Positions 30,379 through 40,164 of a stretch of 64,000 bases of DNA are shown one piece after another (positions within the stretch are counted from its first letter, which is position 1; the number at the start of each line of letters is the position of its first letter). The position numbers and the translations under genes were made by a program. Under the pieces are notes generated by a model, which had not been told where the DNA came from, did not search any database, and saw only the letters and a program-made list of their open reading frames with translations. The stretch lies in NCBI GenBank assembly GCA_964400685.1, contig CAYNVT010000002.1, forward strand, positions 25,870 to 89,869. Direction: 5' to 3'. The stretch is from an uncultured Bacteriovoracaceae bacterium. GTDB lineage: Bacteria > Desulfobacterota > Desulfomonilia > UBA1062.

Positions 30379-33345
30379 ATGAATATTAATGATAGCCAGA
30401 ATAAGGTTATAAATACGCTATTTTTCGATTCAAAATATCTGGAGGAATCTATTAATAATAACAGTATTTCTAGATATCTTAAGGAACGCCTAGAAATCAA
30501 AAAAATATTTGGAATAAATTATAGTCTTAAGAGTTTGTTAAATGATTTTACTAAAACTGATGACACAGATTCTGAAAAAACTAATAATCAAATTACTGGG
30601 ACTATTTCTTTTTATGATTCTTCCATAAAAAAATGGATAGATAGTTATATCCTTGAGTTTGGATTATCATCTGCCATGAGTGTGGTACTGAAACAATTCA
30701 AATCTTTTATCGCTGGGAAAGATTGTTATTCGTTAACGGAAATGCTCATTGATCCACGCAAAGACAATGATCATCTCGTAGAAAAAGAAATTAAAACATG
30801 TAAGTTTGTGAAAACAGATGAAGAAGAATTTGGTATTAGATACCATTTATATTCAAGAGATTCTAATGAGTTTGAATTTGAACATGATGGAAAAAATGTT
30901 ATTAAAATCAAATGTGATTGTAACGAATACAAATGCAATGAAAGGAAGTGTCCATGTTTTAATAAAGATAACTGTATTAAGTTACCCGATATACAAAGTT
31001 GCCTGAATAGAATAATGGTTAAATTCGATGGAGATTATAAGACAATTGACTTTTTAAAAAACATGACAGAAGAAAATGAAGATCGGTATAAAAACCTCTT
31101 CAAAATCCTGTATATTCAACATAAGGTATTTAAATGGAAATATCTTTACTGTTTTGTAGCAACCTCTGATATTCCTGCAGGTGTTATTTATATTTACTCG
31201 CGAAATAGACTTGAATCGGTAGAAATAAATTTCTTCCAGATCCTTGCAAATCAATTATTCCTGCAGTTTGCACAGGGTGTAACTGTTGCAAAAATTAAAA
31301 ATGATACAATAAAATCAGCAATTACTTCTATCCTGGTAGATTCGTTTGCTCACAACATAGCCGCGCACAGCCTTTCTGCTCTTTCCTGGTATTATGCGAA
31401 CAAATCAGAAAAAGAAGTGAAGGCGATACAAAACTTAAAGAAGATTATTGATAATGATATAGAACAAGATGAACAATGGTTGAAAAATATAAATATTGAG
31501 ATAGAAAAATATACGGCATTGGATAAGGATATAGCACATCTACTCAGATATATCAGGAACAAAGCTGCTTTCTGGAGCGGTGTCACACGTGATTTTGCCT
31601 GCGGCGGTGAGATTAAAACATGGTATGAGGTTATCAGCGAATTCATTGCAAATCCGCTATTCTTGGGCACCATTGCCCATTCTGAAGGCGTTAACATAGT
31701 AAAAATCAATGTTAAATATAAAGATTCAAAAAATATGGAGGGGCAAGGAAGCGAAGAGATCGACTTGTCAGCCCTTATAAAGGAAGATAAAGATAGACAA
31801 TATAAATCAATACTGGCCAAGGATAAAATTATCCTGGAAGATATTAAGGATGTTCTTGACTCAGAGGAGTTTAGTGTATTCCTTCCAAATGGTATTGTAG
31901 GTCGTCATGCACTATTTACAATATTTGAAAACACTCTGCGTAATTTTAAGCACGCGATTGATAAAACTCAACCTGTTGATTTCAATGTTTTAATCGAACC
32001 ATCAACTGAGGAAAAATTTCAAGAAAAGCAGTTTAAAGTAACTGTATGGCTGGGCAATAAGTCAAAGATTATGGAAACAAAGACTAAAGACGGAAAAAGT
32101 AAGCTGATAAAAGTTGAAGATGAGTTAAGACGGATAGAAGAACAATCAGTTACCATGGAGTCAGGCTCTCCGCGTATGGGTGGTAGCTCACAGGACAAGA
32201 TATGCGCGTCAATGCTTTATACCAATACATTCAGTAAAGTGCACATGAAGCGAAAAGACGCTCCTTGGATAAAATCTAATGTCGAAGAAGATCAAACATG
32301 TAAAGAAAAAGGGGAAATTAAAAAATCATTTTCAATCTGGAAAGGTGAAATATTTAAAGTATTTAAAGAAATTAAAAGTATAGGTAATGAAGATAATGAA
32401 AATGCAAGCCGTTTCAAGTTCGCAATTGTTCCAGAAAGTACTGAAGAAAAAGAGGAGATTTTTTCCAAGCTGGCAGATCAAGGTGTTATTAGAATCCTGG
32501 AATTGCGAGTGAATGCTGCCAGTATAATAGAAAATGACGGAATTTATAAGCGTTGGAATGGAAGTTGGATTCGTGGAATAAAATCAATTTGTTTGTGTTT
32601 TGGGGATACCCCATTATTTATTATGGATAACAATTTGGCAATTAGAAAACTTAATACAACTGATCTAGAATACAGTAATCTTAGACAAATAATAAAAGAT
32701 AATAAAACCATAGACGGAATAAAGATTATAAAATTCAAGCATGGGAAAGATGACGAAATAGAGAAAAAAGATCAAATTGACCACAGAGGTCAGTGTATAT
32801 TAGGACAGAAATATTTCCCAAGATTTAGTAGAGGATGTCCTGACTGGGATACAAATAAAACCTCCTCCTTCGAGCAGCAGGATTTTATCGAAGCATTGCT
32901 TACAAGGATAAAGATATATGACAATCGCATATTTAATCGAGCATTTGAAAATGGAAAATTGGAATTATTCAAAGAGCATTTATTTTTAGATATTTGTGCT
33001 GAAGAAAATAAAGAAGGTAAGCCTGAGCTCAAAATAGATGAAAACATAAATTTTCTTGTTGTTCACCTCAGTATGATCGAGGCTATGGGTTATACTGAAG
33101 ATAAATTTAACGAATTTATTGAAAGAGAAGTAGTAGAAAAAAAATATTTTAAAGACCATTTCAGGCTTGTTATAACAACAGGAAGAGGAAGATCTGAATG
33201 GAATAGAAATATCAAGCCCGAATATCAAAAATACATAATATTCAGACCGCCGGAATCATTGATGACGGGTATTGAGGATGGCCTGATACTTAAAGATGAT
33301 TTTCAGGTGAAATATAACCTGGTTAAAATACTATTTGGCTCTTAG
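30379..33345 (+). CDS. large Cys-rich hypothetical protein (~988 aa) with possible GHKL-like ATPase segment
   Basis: RBS GGAGGttagttgaatATG. Cys cluster CDCNEYKCNERKCPCFNKDNC. N-box-like FENTLRNFKHAIDKT and Gly-rich ESGSPRMGGSSQ; weak evidence. Very AT-rich with K/N/I-biased composition. Confidence 0.55.
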   Translation: MNINDSQNKVINTLFFDSKYLEESINNNSISRYLKERLEIKKIFGINYSLKSLLNDFTKTDDTDSEKTNNQITGTISFYDSSIKKWIDSYILEFGLSSAMSVVLKQFKSFIAGKDCYSLTEMLIDPRKDNDHLVEKEIKTCKFVKTDEEEFGIRYHLYSRDSNEFEFEHDGKNVIKIKCDCNEYKCNERKCPCFNKDNCIKLPDIQSCLNRIMVKFDGDYKTIDFLKNMTEENEDRYKNLFKILYIQHKVFKWKYLYCFVATSDIPAGVIYIYSRNRLESVEINFFQILANQLFLQFAQGVTVAKIKNDTIKSAITSILVDSFAHNIAAHSLSALSWYYANKSEKEVKAIQNLKKIIDNDIEQDEQWLKNINIEIEKYTALDKDIAHLLRYIRNKAAFWSGVTRDFACGGEIKTWYEVISEFIANPLFLGTIAHSEGVNIVKINVKYKDSKNMEGQGSEEIDLSALIKEDKDRQYKSILAKDKIILEDIKDVLDSEEFSVFLPNGIVGRHALFTIFENTLRNFKHAIDKTQPVDFNVLIEPSTEEKFQEKQFKVTVWLGNKSKIMETKTKDGKSKLIKVEDELRRIEEQSVTMESGSPRMGGSSQDKICASMLYTNTFSKVHMKRKDAPWIKSNVEEDQTCKEKGEIKKSFSIWKGEIFKVFKEIKSIGNEDNENASRFKFAIVPESTEEKEEIFSKLADQGVIRILELRVNAASIIENDGIYKRWNGSWIRGIKSICLCFGDTPLFIMDNNLAIRKLNTTDLEYSNLRQIIKDNKTIDGIKIIKFKHGKDDEIEKKDQIDHRGQCILGQKYFPRFSRGCPDWDTNKTSSFEQQDFIEALLTRIKIYDNRIFNRAFENGKLELFKEHLFLDICAEENKEGKPELKIDENINFLVVHLSMIEAMGYTEDKFNEFIEREVVEKKYFKDHFRLVITTGRGRSEWNRNIKPEYQKYIIFRPPESLMTGIEDGLILKDDFQVKYNLVKILFGS

Positions 33346-33359
33346 GAGGAGACATTATA

Positions 33360-34112
33360 ATGAACAATAGAAGAGTTTTAATTATTACCGTAAAAGATCA
33401 ACAGATAACTGGTAGTGATAACTTTCTGAAAGATTACCAAGTAAATAACTATCAAAAAGATTGTATCAGATTCATAGATCTTCCTAAAGAAGGAAATACA
33501 AAAGAGTCATTTAATGAATTTTTAACTAAAGTTAAAAATAACATAACGAATGAAAAACAAATAAATTATATTGCTCTAATCCATTCTTCCACACAAGTCG
33601 GAGATTCCGAAAACACAATATCAAAAGACGAGTCTTTAAGGAAAAAGATAGAGGAAACATTAGATATTCTTGTAGGATATTTTGAGGGTGGAGATAAAAG
33701 AATAAATAAATTACTTAATGATTTTCATCGTATTGAGCCGGATGCTTTAGAGAATGAAAAAATAAAAGATAATGTATTTAATGATATATGGAATGCATAT
33801 ATTAGAGAATCACCCCAAAAAAAATATTATGATTCTTTAAAGAAGTTCATTCCTGTATTAATTGATTTTCATGGGCTTAACGACTGTTCAAAAAATGAAG
33901 ATGCTTTTATGAATTACCTGAAAGAAGTGAAAAAAGGAAAGAGATGGGATAATCTGGAACCTTCTGAATATGATGAAAATTTAAATATGTTTATTAGCAA
34001 ATGTAAATCGCTTGAAAGCATAAAAAATGTCAAGGAATTCGAAACATGCTTTATTAATGGTGAAAACAACGTATTCAACGAATTCAGAAAATTGAGAAAT
34101 ATCACTGGATAA
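33360..34112 (+). CDS. hypothetical protein (250 aa)
   Basis: RBS GGAGGAGAcattataATG. AT-rich. Confidence 0.5.
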   Translation: MNNRRVLIITVKDQQITGSDNFLKDYQVNNYQKDCIRFIDLPKEGNTKESFNEFLTKVKNNITNEKQINYIALIHSSTQVGDSENTISKDESLRKKIEETLDILVGYFEGGDKRINKLLNDFHRIEPDALENEKIKDNVFNDIWNAYIRESPQKKYYDSLKKFIPVLIDFHGLNDCSKNEDAFMNYLKEVKKGKRWDNLEPSEYDENLNMFISKCKSLESIKNVKEFETCFINGENNVFNEFRKLRNITG

Positions 34113-34114
34113 TA

Positions 34115-34918
34115 TTGATGAGACTGGTCCTTGTAGATAACAATGTCTCTGTAACAAAATCTTTACAGCTTTATTTCAGGAATGTCTTCTATGAGCAGTT
34201 GCTGGTCTATCCGGATGTTCATCAGGAACCGCCTAAGGATGGCGATTCAATAGTCCTTAGAGAGCCGGTAGAGATATATAATGCCCATTATTCGATATAT
34301 TCACAATGGTGCTCATATGCTCTTAAACAGGGCCTTAACCTGCGTATAATAATACTTACAACTGAAGGAGTTGACCAGCTTGAACGAAACCCCTTTTGCA
34401 TCAATATTATTGATTTAAGCAAAACATTACGGGAAAAATTCCAGACAATTTTTTCTTATCCAGCAAAGCCGGATACAACTATTCCTGATAAATCAAATTT
34501 TGACGACATAATTATTCGGCTAAAGACATTTTTCAAGGGGCATGGTGAAGGCAGCCTGATTAAAAACCTCAATGACATCTATCAGGATGTCAGTATGGCA
34601 CCTGTACTGGTTGCGCAAGGCGACAATTCGGTGGAAGAATGCATTGATAAATTAATCCTTAAATGGGCTAAACCAAGATGGGAGATATTCAAGGAACGGT
34701 ATCATAAATATCTTATTTATTTCCGTTATCTTCCATATTATACCGACATATTACTTCTTGCGGAAAATTTTCATACGATTGACAGCTATTTTACAAATAT
34801 ACCGCGGGACGAAAAGGAATTTATCCATACAGATATGAGACCCCCCTTTTTAAAAATACTCAAGACATTGGATGACATTGACAGACTTTATATTAAAAGC
34901 GAGGGGCCAATAAAATAA
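34115..34918 (+). CDS. hypothetical protein (267 aa)
   Basis: Starts 3 nt after the previous stop. Its stop overlaps the start of the sigma54 activator gene (TAATG). Confidence 0.5.
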   Translation: MMRLVLVDNNVSVTKSLQLYFRNVFYEQLLVYPDVHQEPPKDGDSIVLREPVEIYNAHYSIYSQWCSYALKQGLNLRIIILTTEGVDQLERNPFCINIIDLSKTLREKFQTIFSYPAKPDTTIPDKSNFDDIIIRLKTFFKGHGEGSLIKNLNDIYQDVSMAPVLVAQGDNSVEECIDKLILKWAKPRWEIFKERYHKYLIYFRYLPYYTDILLLAENFHTIDSYFTNIPRDEKEFIHTDMRPPFLKILKTLDDIDRLYIKSEGPIK

Positions 34919-36333
34919 TGGCAATTAAAGTTCTTATCATAGACGATGACCCTGCATTCATTGAAAGGGTGAAATTCGGCCTGAAACCCTTCAGATTTAT
35001 CCCGGTTTCCAACATACAGATGGCAAAAGAAATGATTGACGATACCATTGATGTTGTTATGCTTGACCTGAATCTCGACCCCTCCACGGATACAATGGAA
35101 GGCCTCGAATTACTTGACTACCTGAAGAAGGAATACCCTCATATACCTGTAACCGTAATAACAGGCTATGGAAACATTGATGTTGCTGTTGATGCCATGA
35201 AAAGAGGTGCAGACGATTTTCTCAAGAAAAGGGACATGGATATAATCGAATGGCGGAAACGAATTGAAATTTTGGCAAAAACAAAACAGTTGAAGGAACA
35301 GGTTGCAGATTATGAACATGAAAAATATCAGTTTATCGGGAATACACCTGAGATTATCGACATAAAGAAGCACCTTCGAACTATTGGAAATTATCCGGAC
35401 ATTACAGTATTGATTAGAGGTGAAACCGGGGTTGGAAAAGAAGTTGCTGCAAAATACCTGCACAGTCACAGTCCGAGATGCAACAAACCTTTTGTGGTTG
35501 TTAACATCAGTTCTTTTCAACCATCTTTGCTTGAAAGCGCCTTGTTCGGTCATCGTAAGGGCTCTTTTACCGGTGCGGACAGGGACCGTCTTGGCTTTTT
35601 CCGCAAAGCAGATGGAGGTGTGCTGTTTCTTGACGAGATCGGTGATCTGTCTCTCGAAGCCCAGGGAAAGATTCTCCGGTTCCTTCAAGACAGGACCATC
35701 AATATCGTTGGGGAAGAAACAGATCTGTATATAGACGTGCAGGTCATTGCAGCGACAAACAAAAACCTTGAGAGTCTTATCGTTGAGGGAACATTCAGGG
35801 AAGACCTTTATTATAGGATAAAAAACTATACCGTTCTTATTCCTCCTTTAAGACATCGTACTGAAGATATCCCTCCTCTTATAAATCATTTCGCCACAAA
35901 GTTAGATTCAAACAAGGAATCAGGAAAACTTAGTAAGAAAGCCCTTGAAATCCTTATGAACTATGCATGGCCTGGAAATATCCGGGAATTAAAGAATACC
36001 ATAGATTATGCGTTAATAAAAAGTGGCCAGCAATGCATTGAACCTTGCCACCTTCCTGCTGATATAATTAGTTTACCAAAGACTCAGAAAGCGCTTTACG
36101 ATCCAGATATCGAATTTCCACTCGACATTGAAGAAAGGGCGAAAGTTCTCCAGCTAACCCTTATTGATCGGGCTCTCGAAGTTACTTTCGGCAATAAAAG
36201 CAAGACAGCAGAGTTTCTGAACCTCGACCTGGACAAGTTGATGTATAAAATCAAATCTAACCATACAATGATACTGAATGGACCATATGAAAGTATAAAA
36301 ATGTATTATAAAAGTCTTTTCGTTGAAAAATGA
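34918..36333 (+). CDS. sigma-54-dependent transcriptional activator (NtrC family: REC + AAA+ + HTH)
   Basis: REC VLIIDDDPAF ... VVMLDLNL. AAA+ GETGVGKEVAAKYLH, GAF-less ESALFGH, GSFTGA, GGVLFLDEIGDL, RFLQDRT. Confidence 0.8.
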   Translation: MAIKVLIIDDDPAFIERVKFGLKPFRFIPVSNIQMAKEMIDDTIDVVMLDLNLDPSTDTMEGLELLDYLKKEYPHIPVTVITGYGNIDVAVDAMKRGADDFLKKRDMDIIEWRKRIEILAKTKQLKEQVADYEHEKYQFIGNTPEIIDIKKHLRTIGNYPDITVLIRGETGVGKEVAAKYLHSHSPRCNKPFVVVNISSFQPSLLESALFGHRKGSFTGADRDRLGFFRKADGGVLFLDEIGDLSLEAQGKILRFLQDRTINIVGEETDLYIDVQVIAATNKNLESLIVEGTFREDLYYRIKNYTVLIPPLRHRTEDIPPLINHFATKLDSNKESGKLSKKALEILMNYAWPGNIRELKNTIDYALIKSGQQCIEPCHLPADIISLPKTQKALYDPDIEFPLDIEERAKVLQLTLIDRALEVTFGNKSKTAEFLNLDLDKLMYKIKSNHTMILNGPYESIKMYYKSLFVEK

Positions 36334-36363
36334 TTCTTATTTTTGTTAATAAAAGGGGCGTTT

Positions 36364-39012
36364 ATGATTAAAACAATAGATTTCATGGGAAATAATGATT
36401 TATACGAAGCGATATCAGCATACTGCAAATTCAAATCTGAAGGTATTGAACTGATAAAATTAAGCAATATAGACAATACCACGAATAATGTATTGATTGT
36501 TGATCTTCATGATAAGGAAATTGTCAAGTCATTGGGTAAGCATTTAACGAGAACCGGTTCAGAAGAAATCCCTTTCATTGTAATTGTGGGGTTGGAGGAC
36601 AATCTGAATGATTATGATAAGTACATTAATAACCCAATTATTGATGACTTGTCCCCCATCCGACTGATGACACATGCCTGCGGGAAAAGATATTTCAAAT
36701 ACTTCAGCCTGCCGGCTCAAATTTCAGCACTCATATCATTTATCCTTCATGACAAAAAACCATTAAAGAACCCTTTTAAGCATCTTTCCGAAATGGTTAA
36801 TGACTTGCCAACAACAATTAAAGATCCTTTCGAAGATTTCATTATAGAAACAGGAAGATTTACCGACCCTGATTACAGAAGAATGAAGAGAATGAAGGTA
36901 TTTCATGATGACCCAGATAGGCCGAAACATGAGATGCAGTATTATGATTATGTCATCGCTTACCTCAAGTATCAGAGTTCATTAAAAAACGAACCCTTCA
37001 ACATACTGGTTATCGATAATAAACCTGGTGGTGTTAGAATTAAAAGTACAGATGAATCAAATAAACCAGATGATAGTATTATTAAAGGTATAAATAAATC
37101 ACTTCGGGATGCCCTGAAGGACATCGAGAATATATTCAAAGGTTATAAATTCTGGTTAGTTGAAGAAAAAAAGCATTTCAGCGATTTAAAGAATCACCTC
37201 ACTAATTTCCTTCAAGAAAAAAATAGTAAGGATCATGCAATCAATGAAAGGGCAATATTAAGCAAGATTAAGAATACCAGCGGTGAAGATGAGGACAGCA
37301 AACCTTGCAGATTCAATGATATTGATCTCATCCTGATTGATCTCTTTTTAGAAGAGGATGACATGAGCGGTATAGATTTTCTTCATCTGTTCACCCTCCT
37401 TTATCCACAGATCCCGGCCTTTATTCTTAGTAACAGTGAAGACCCTGAGATGATCACAAAAACCATAAAAGAGAAGGCTGATAACTATATTCTTAAAAAA
37501 TGCATCTACTCAATGCCGTTTATTTATTACGATTATATAGAACAGCTCGGAAGACTGGTGGACTACATTGAAGACAAAGACCTGAAGAGAAATCTAATTG
37601 GCAACCTTCGTTACTGGCGATTTAAGAAAGAATTCATCTGGTTTGGTGACAAATGCTACCATATGATCAATCATTCTTTTAATCACACAAATAACAACTG
37701 GCTGTTAGCAAATCAGATTTTACCTCATATCATTGATTATATCGAGCAATCTGAACAGCAATTTTATGATGAAGACATCTATGTCCTAAGTATGGCCATC
37801 TGGTTGCATGACTTGGGTCATAAAGGCAACGAACATTATGGTGAACCCCATGAGATTAGAGATCTCCACGGACTGATCAGCGGGGAGATAATTATGAAAC
37901 ACCCCGAATCATACGGCATTTTCGGGTATAGTGAACAAGAAGGATGTTCATGTGTGTCTCCCTATAGATGGGCATCATTCAGTCACCATAAAACAGCATT
38001 AGAGAGTATAAGAGAGCGTCTGGCAAATATTATGAGTTCATGTTGCATGATGACAAATGTCAATGAAACCACTGATATTAATAGAATATATAAACAGGTA
38101 CGCCGGTTGACTATTCTTGAAAAGATTGCCCTGTTATGCATTTTCCACAAAAGCAACTTTCCATTGGATGAAAAAGATATTCTTCAATTCGGACAGAAGG
38201 GAAAGCGGATACCTCTAGATTGCTATATCAATAATGATCAGACAACAAGTCCTATTCACTTAAAAAGTCTCACAGATATCTTGATTGATGATAATTTCAT
38301 TCGTCTTATGGCCCTCTTCAGATTCATAGATGGTCTGGACATTAATGAAAATCGTGTCGGCGATGGCACTGAGGAGGCAGTGAAGAAAGAAACCATTTTT
38401 AGGGATATTGAATATCAGAAGCTTAAGCTGAAAAGAGAGGTTGAAAGCTTGATAGAAATCAATCTAAGAGAGTCAAATCTTGAAAAGAGGTTTTTTAATC
38501 TCTTCTACGAGAGACCTGTCCAGGATCTTGAGAAAAACACCTGGATAAGTGATGACCTGAAAAAAGAACAGCGTCTGTTTCTTGATACACTGCGGATTAA
38601 CCTGCCACTTGAGAATTATTATACATTATTGGAATACATTGAATTTTTATCAGTTCAAGATGGTCATTTTGGATTGCACAACAGCATTATCAGTGTCGAT
38701 ATTCAACCCATGGTATTACCTGTCGCAAAAGACGGACTTCCATGTTTTAAGGTCAGTTACAAATCATCCAAGAGGAAAGAACAGCTTGAATCTGATGATA
38801 TAAAAGTAAAGATAAGAGGGGAAAAAGATGGAAAATCCATACGAAACCATCTGCTTGGTTTTAAAGATAAAGAAAAGATTGAAGAAGGTTATGTAAGGAA
38901 AGAACTTAACAATGGGAAAATATATTTAAAAGAATGGTTCGAAATAGATTCAACAGAAATTATTATAAAGACCAAAGATGATAAAACTGAAGAAGAAACA
39001 AGAAAAAAATAA
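36364..39012 (+). CDS. large REC-like + HD-domain phosphohydrolase protein (~882 aa)
   Basis: Receiver-like segment DIDLILIDLFLEEDDMSGIDFLHLF. HD motif H-x(n)-HD in NHSFNHT ... AIWLHDLGHKG. No GYP motif seen. Confidence 0.6.
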   Translation: MIKTIDFMGNNDLYEAISAYCKFKSEGIELIKLSNIDNTTNNVLIVDLHDKEIVKSLGKHLTRTGSEEIPFIVIVGLEDNLNDYDKYINNPIIDDLSPIRLMTHACGKRYFKYFSLPAQISALISFILHDKKPLKNPFKHLSEMVNDLPTTIKDPFEDFIIETGRFTDPDYRRMKRMKVFHDDPDRPKHEMQYYDYVIAYLKYQSSLKNEPFNILVIDNKPGGVRIKSTDESNKPDDSIIKGINKSLRDALKDIENIFKGYKFWLVEEKKHFSDLKNHLTNFLQEKNSKDHAINERAILSKIKNTSGEDEDSKPCRFNDIDLILIDLFLEEDDMSGIDFLHLFTLLYPQIPAFILSNSEDPEMITKTIKEKADNYILKKCIYSMPFIYYDYIEQLGRLVDYIEDKDLKRNLIGNLRYWRFKKEFIWFGDKCYHMINHSFNHTNNNWLLANQILPHIIDYIEQSEQQFYDEDIYVLSMAIWLHDLGHKGNEHYGEPHEIRDLHGLISGEIIMKHPESYGIFGYSEQEGCSCVSPYRWASFSHHKTALESIRERLANIMSSCCMMTNVNETTDINRIYKQVRRLTILEKIALLCIFHKSNFPLDEKDILQFGQKGKRIPLDCYINNDQTTSPIHLKSLTDILIDDNFIRLMALFRFIDGLDINENRVGDGTEEAVKKETIFRDIEYQKLKLKREVESLIEINLRESNLEKRFFNLFYERPVQDLEKNTWISDDLKKEQRLFLDTLRINLPLENYYTLLEYIEFLSVQDGHFGLHNSIISVDIQPMVLPVAKDGLPCFKVSYKSSKRKEQLESDDIKVKIRGEKDGKSIRNHLLGFKDKEKIEEGYVRKELNNGKIYLKEWFEIDSTEIIIKTKDDKTEEETRKK

Positions 39013-39105
39013 ATAGACAGGTTTTTTTCGAGACAGACAGCAAACATATAGAAGCCTATCACAAATGGGCGAGAGTTTATCCCAAATGGCTGATGAAAAG
39101 AATCT

Positions 39106-40164
39106 TCATTTTAACCTGCCAAGAAAACGATTTTTAAACGATTTGCCATTTACAGATAAGACGACGGAAACATGTGGTTTCCTTTTGCATACATCGACAT
39201 CTTGCAATAAGGATATGTCGCTCGCGCCCGATTTCGATTTGTTTAATCTTGCATAAGCATCTTTATAAAGCGAATTGTGCCAGGGATTACGCGGACGACG
39301 GTCAATTATTGTCTGACCCAAGGCGATGCCAGGCTCAGTAACAACATCAACTTGATAGGTATCTTGTTTTGTAATCAAATCATCCCAGATGGCCAGGCCT
39401 ACAGCCAGGGGATCATGCAGATAGCAGCCGTTAAAACTTTCGTTTCTGTGATAGAAATCCATATACATCTGGCAAATGTCCCAGGTAAAATTGCTATTCC
39501 CACTTTTGTTCTTAAGGGTGTGCAACTCACTTCGAGTCAGTGGGCATTGCATGCAGGCATCGAGACCGACAACCGTCATTGGGACACCGAAATTAAGGAC
39601 TTCAGCTGCGGCATCGGGATCACAGAATGCATTGAATTCAGCGACCGGTGAAATGTTGCCGTGCTTCTCATAAGCACCGCCCATCCAGATTATTCGTTTG
39701 ACGCGTCTAACCGCCTCCGGATCTTTACTTATGGCAAGGGCGATGTTTGTCAAGGGGGCTGTGGCAACAATCGTGAGGTTCTGCAAGGGGAGTGATCGTA
39801 GGGTTTCCAGGATCAGATCAACGGCCGATTGCTTATCTATTTTATCCGAAGATGGATTCGGATATTTCGCTGAAACATCACCTAGTCCATCGGGACCATG
39901 GATTCCGCCCGCACGAAACGGGCTCCGTTTAACCGGACGCCATGCCCCCATTGCAACAGGCGGTAATGGTTTTCTTTGGACCTGTTCAAGCGTTTTTATG
40001 GCGTTCAGGGCACATTGCTCAACACCTACATTCCCACCGCAAACGGTGATCGCCTTAACGTCTATTTCCGGTGATTTCATTGCAAGCATTATAGCCAGAG
40101 CGTCATCAACGCCTGGGTCCATGTCAAGAAGTATGGGGTGAGATTTAGATGCCGTCTTTTTCAT
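39106..40164 (-). CDS. inosine-uridine-preferring nucleoside hydrolase family protein with C-terminal extension
   Basis: N-terminal ILLDMDPGVDDALAIMLA (DxDxxxDD Ca-binding signature of IUNH). Confidence 0.75.
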   Translation of the reverse strand: MKKTASKSHPILLDMDPGVDDALAIMLAMKSPEIDVKAITVCGGNVGVEQCALNAIKTLEQVQRKPLPPVAMGAWRPVKRSPFRAGGIHGPDGLGDVSAKYPNPSSDKIDKQSAVDLILETLRSLPLQNLTIVATAPLTNIALAISKDPEAVRRVKRIIWMGGAYEKHGNISPVAEFNAFCDPDAAAEVLNFGVPMTVVGLDACMQCPLTRSELHTLKNKSGNSNFTWDICQMYMDFYHRNESFNGCYLHDPLAVGLAIWDDLITKQDTYQVDVVTEPGIALGQTIIDRRPRNPWHNSLYKDAYARLNKSKSGASDISLLQDVDVCKRKPHVSVVLSVNGKSFKNRFLGRLK

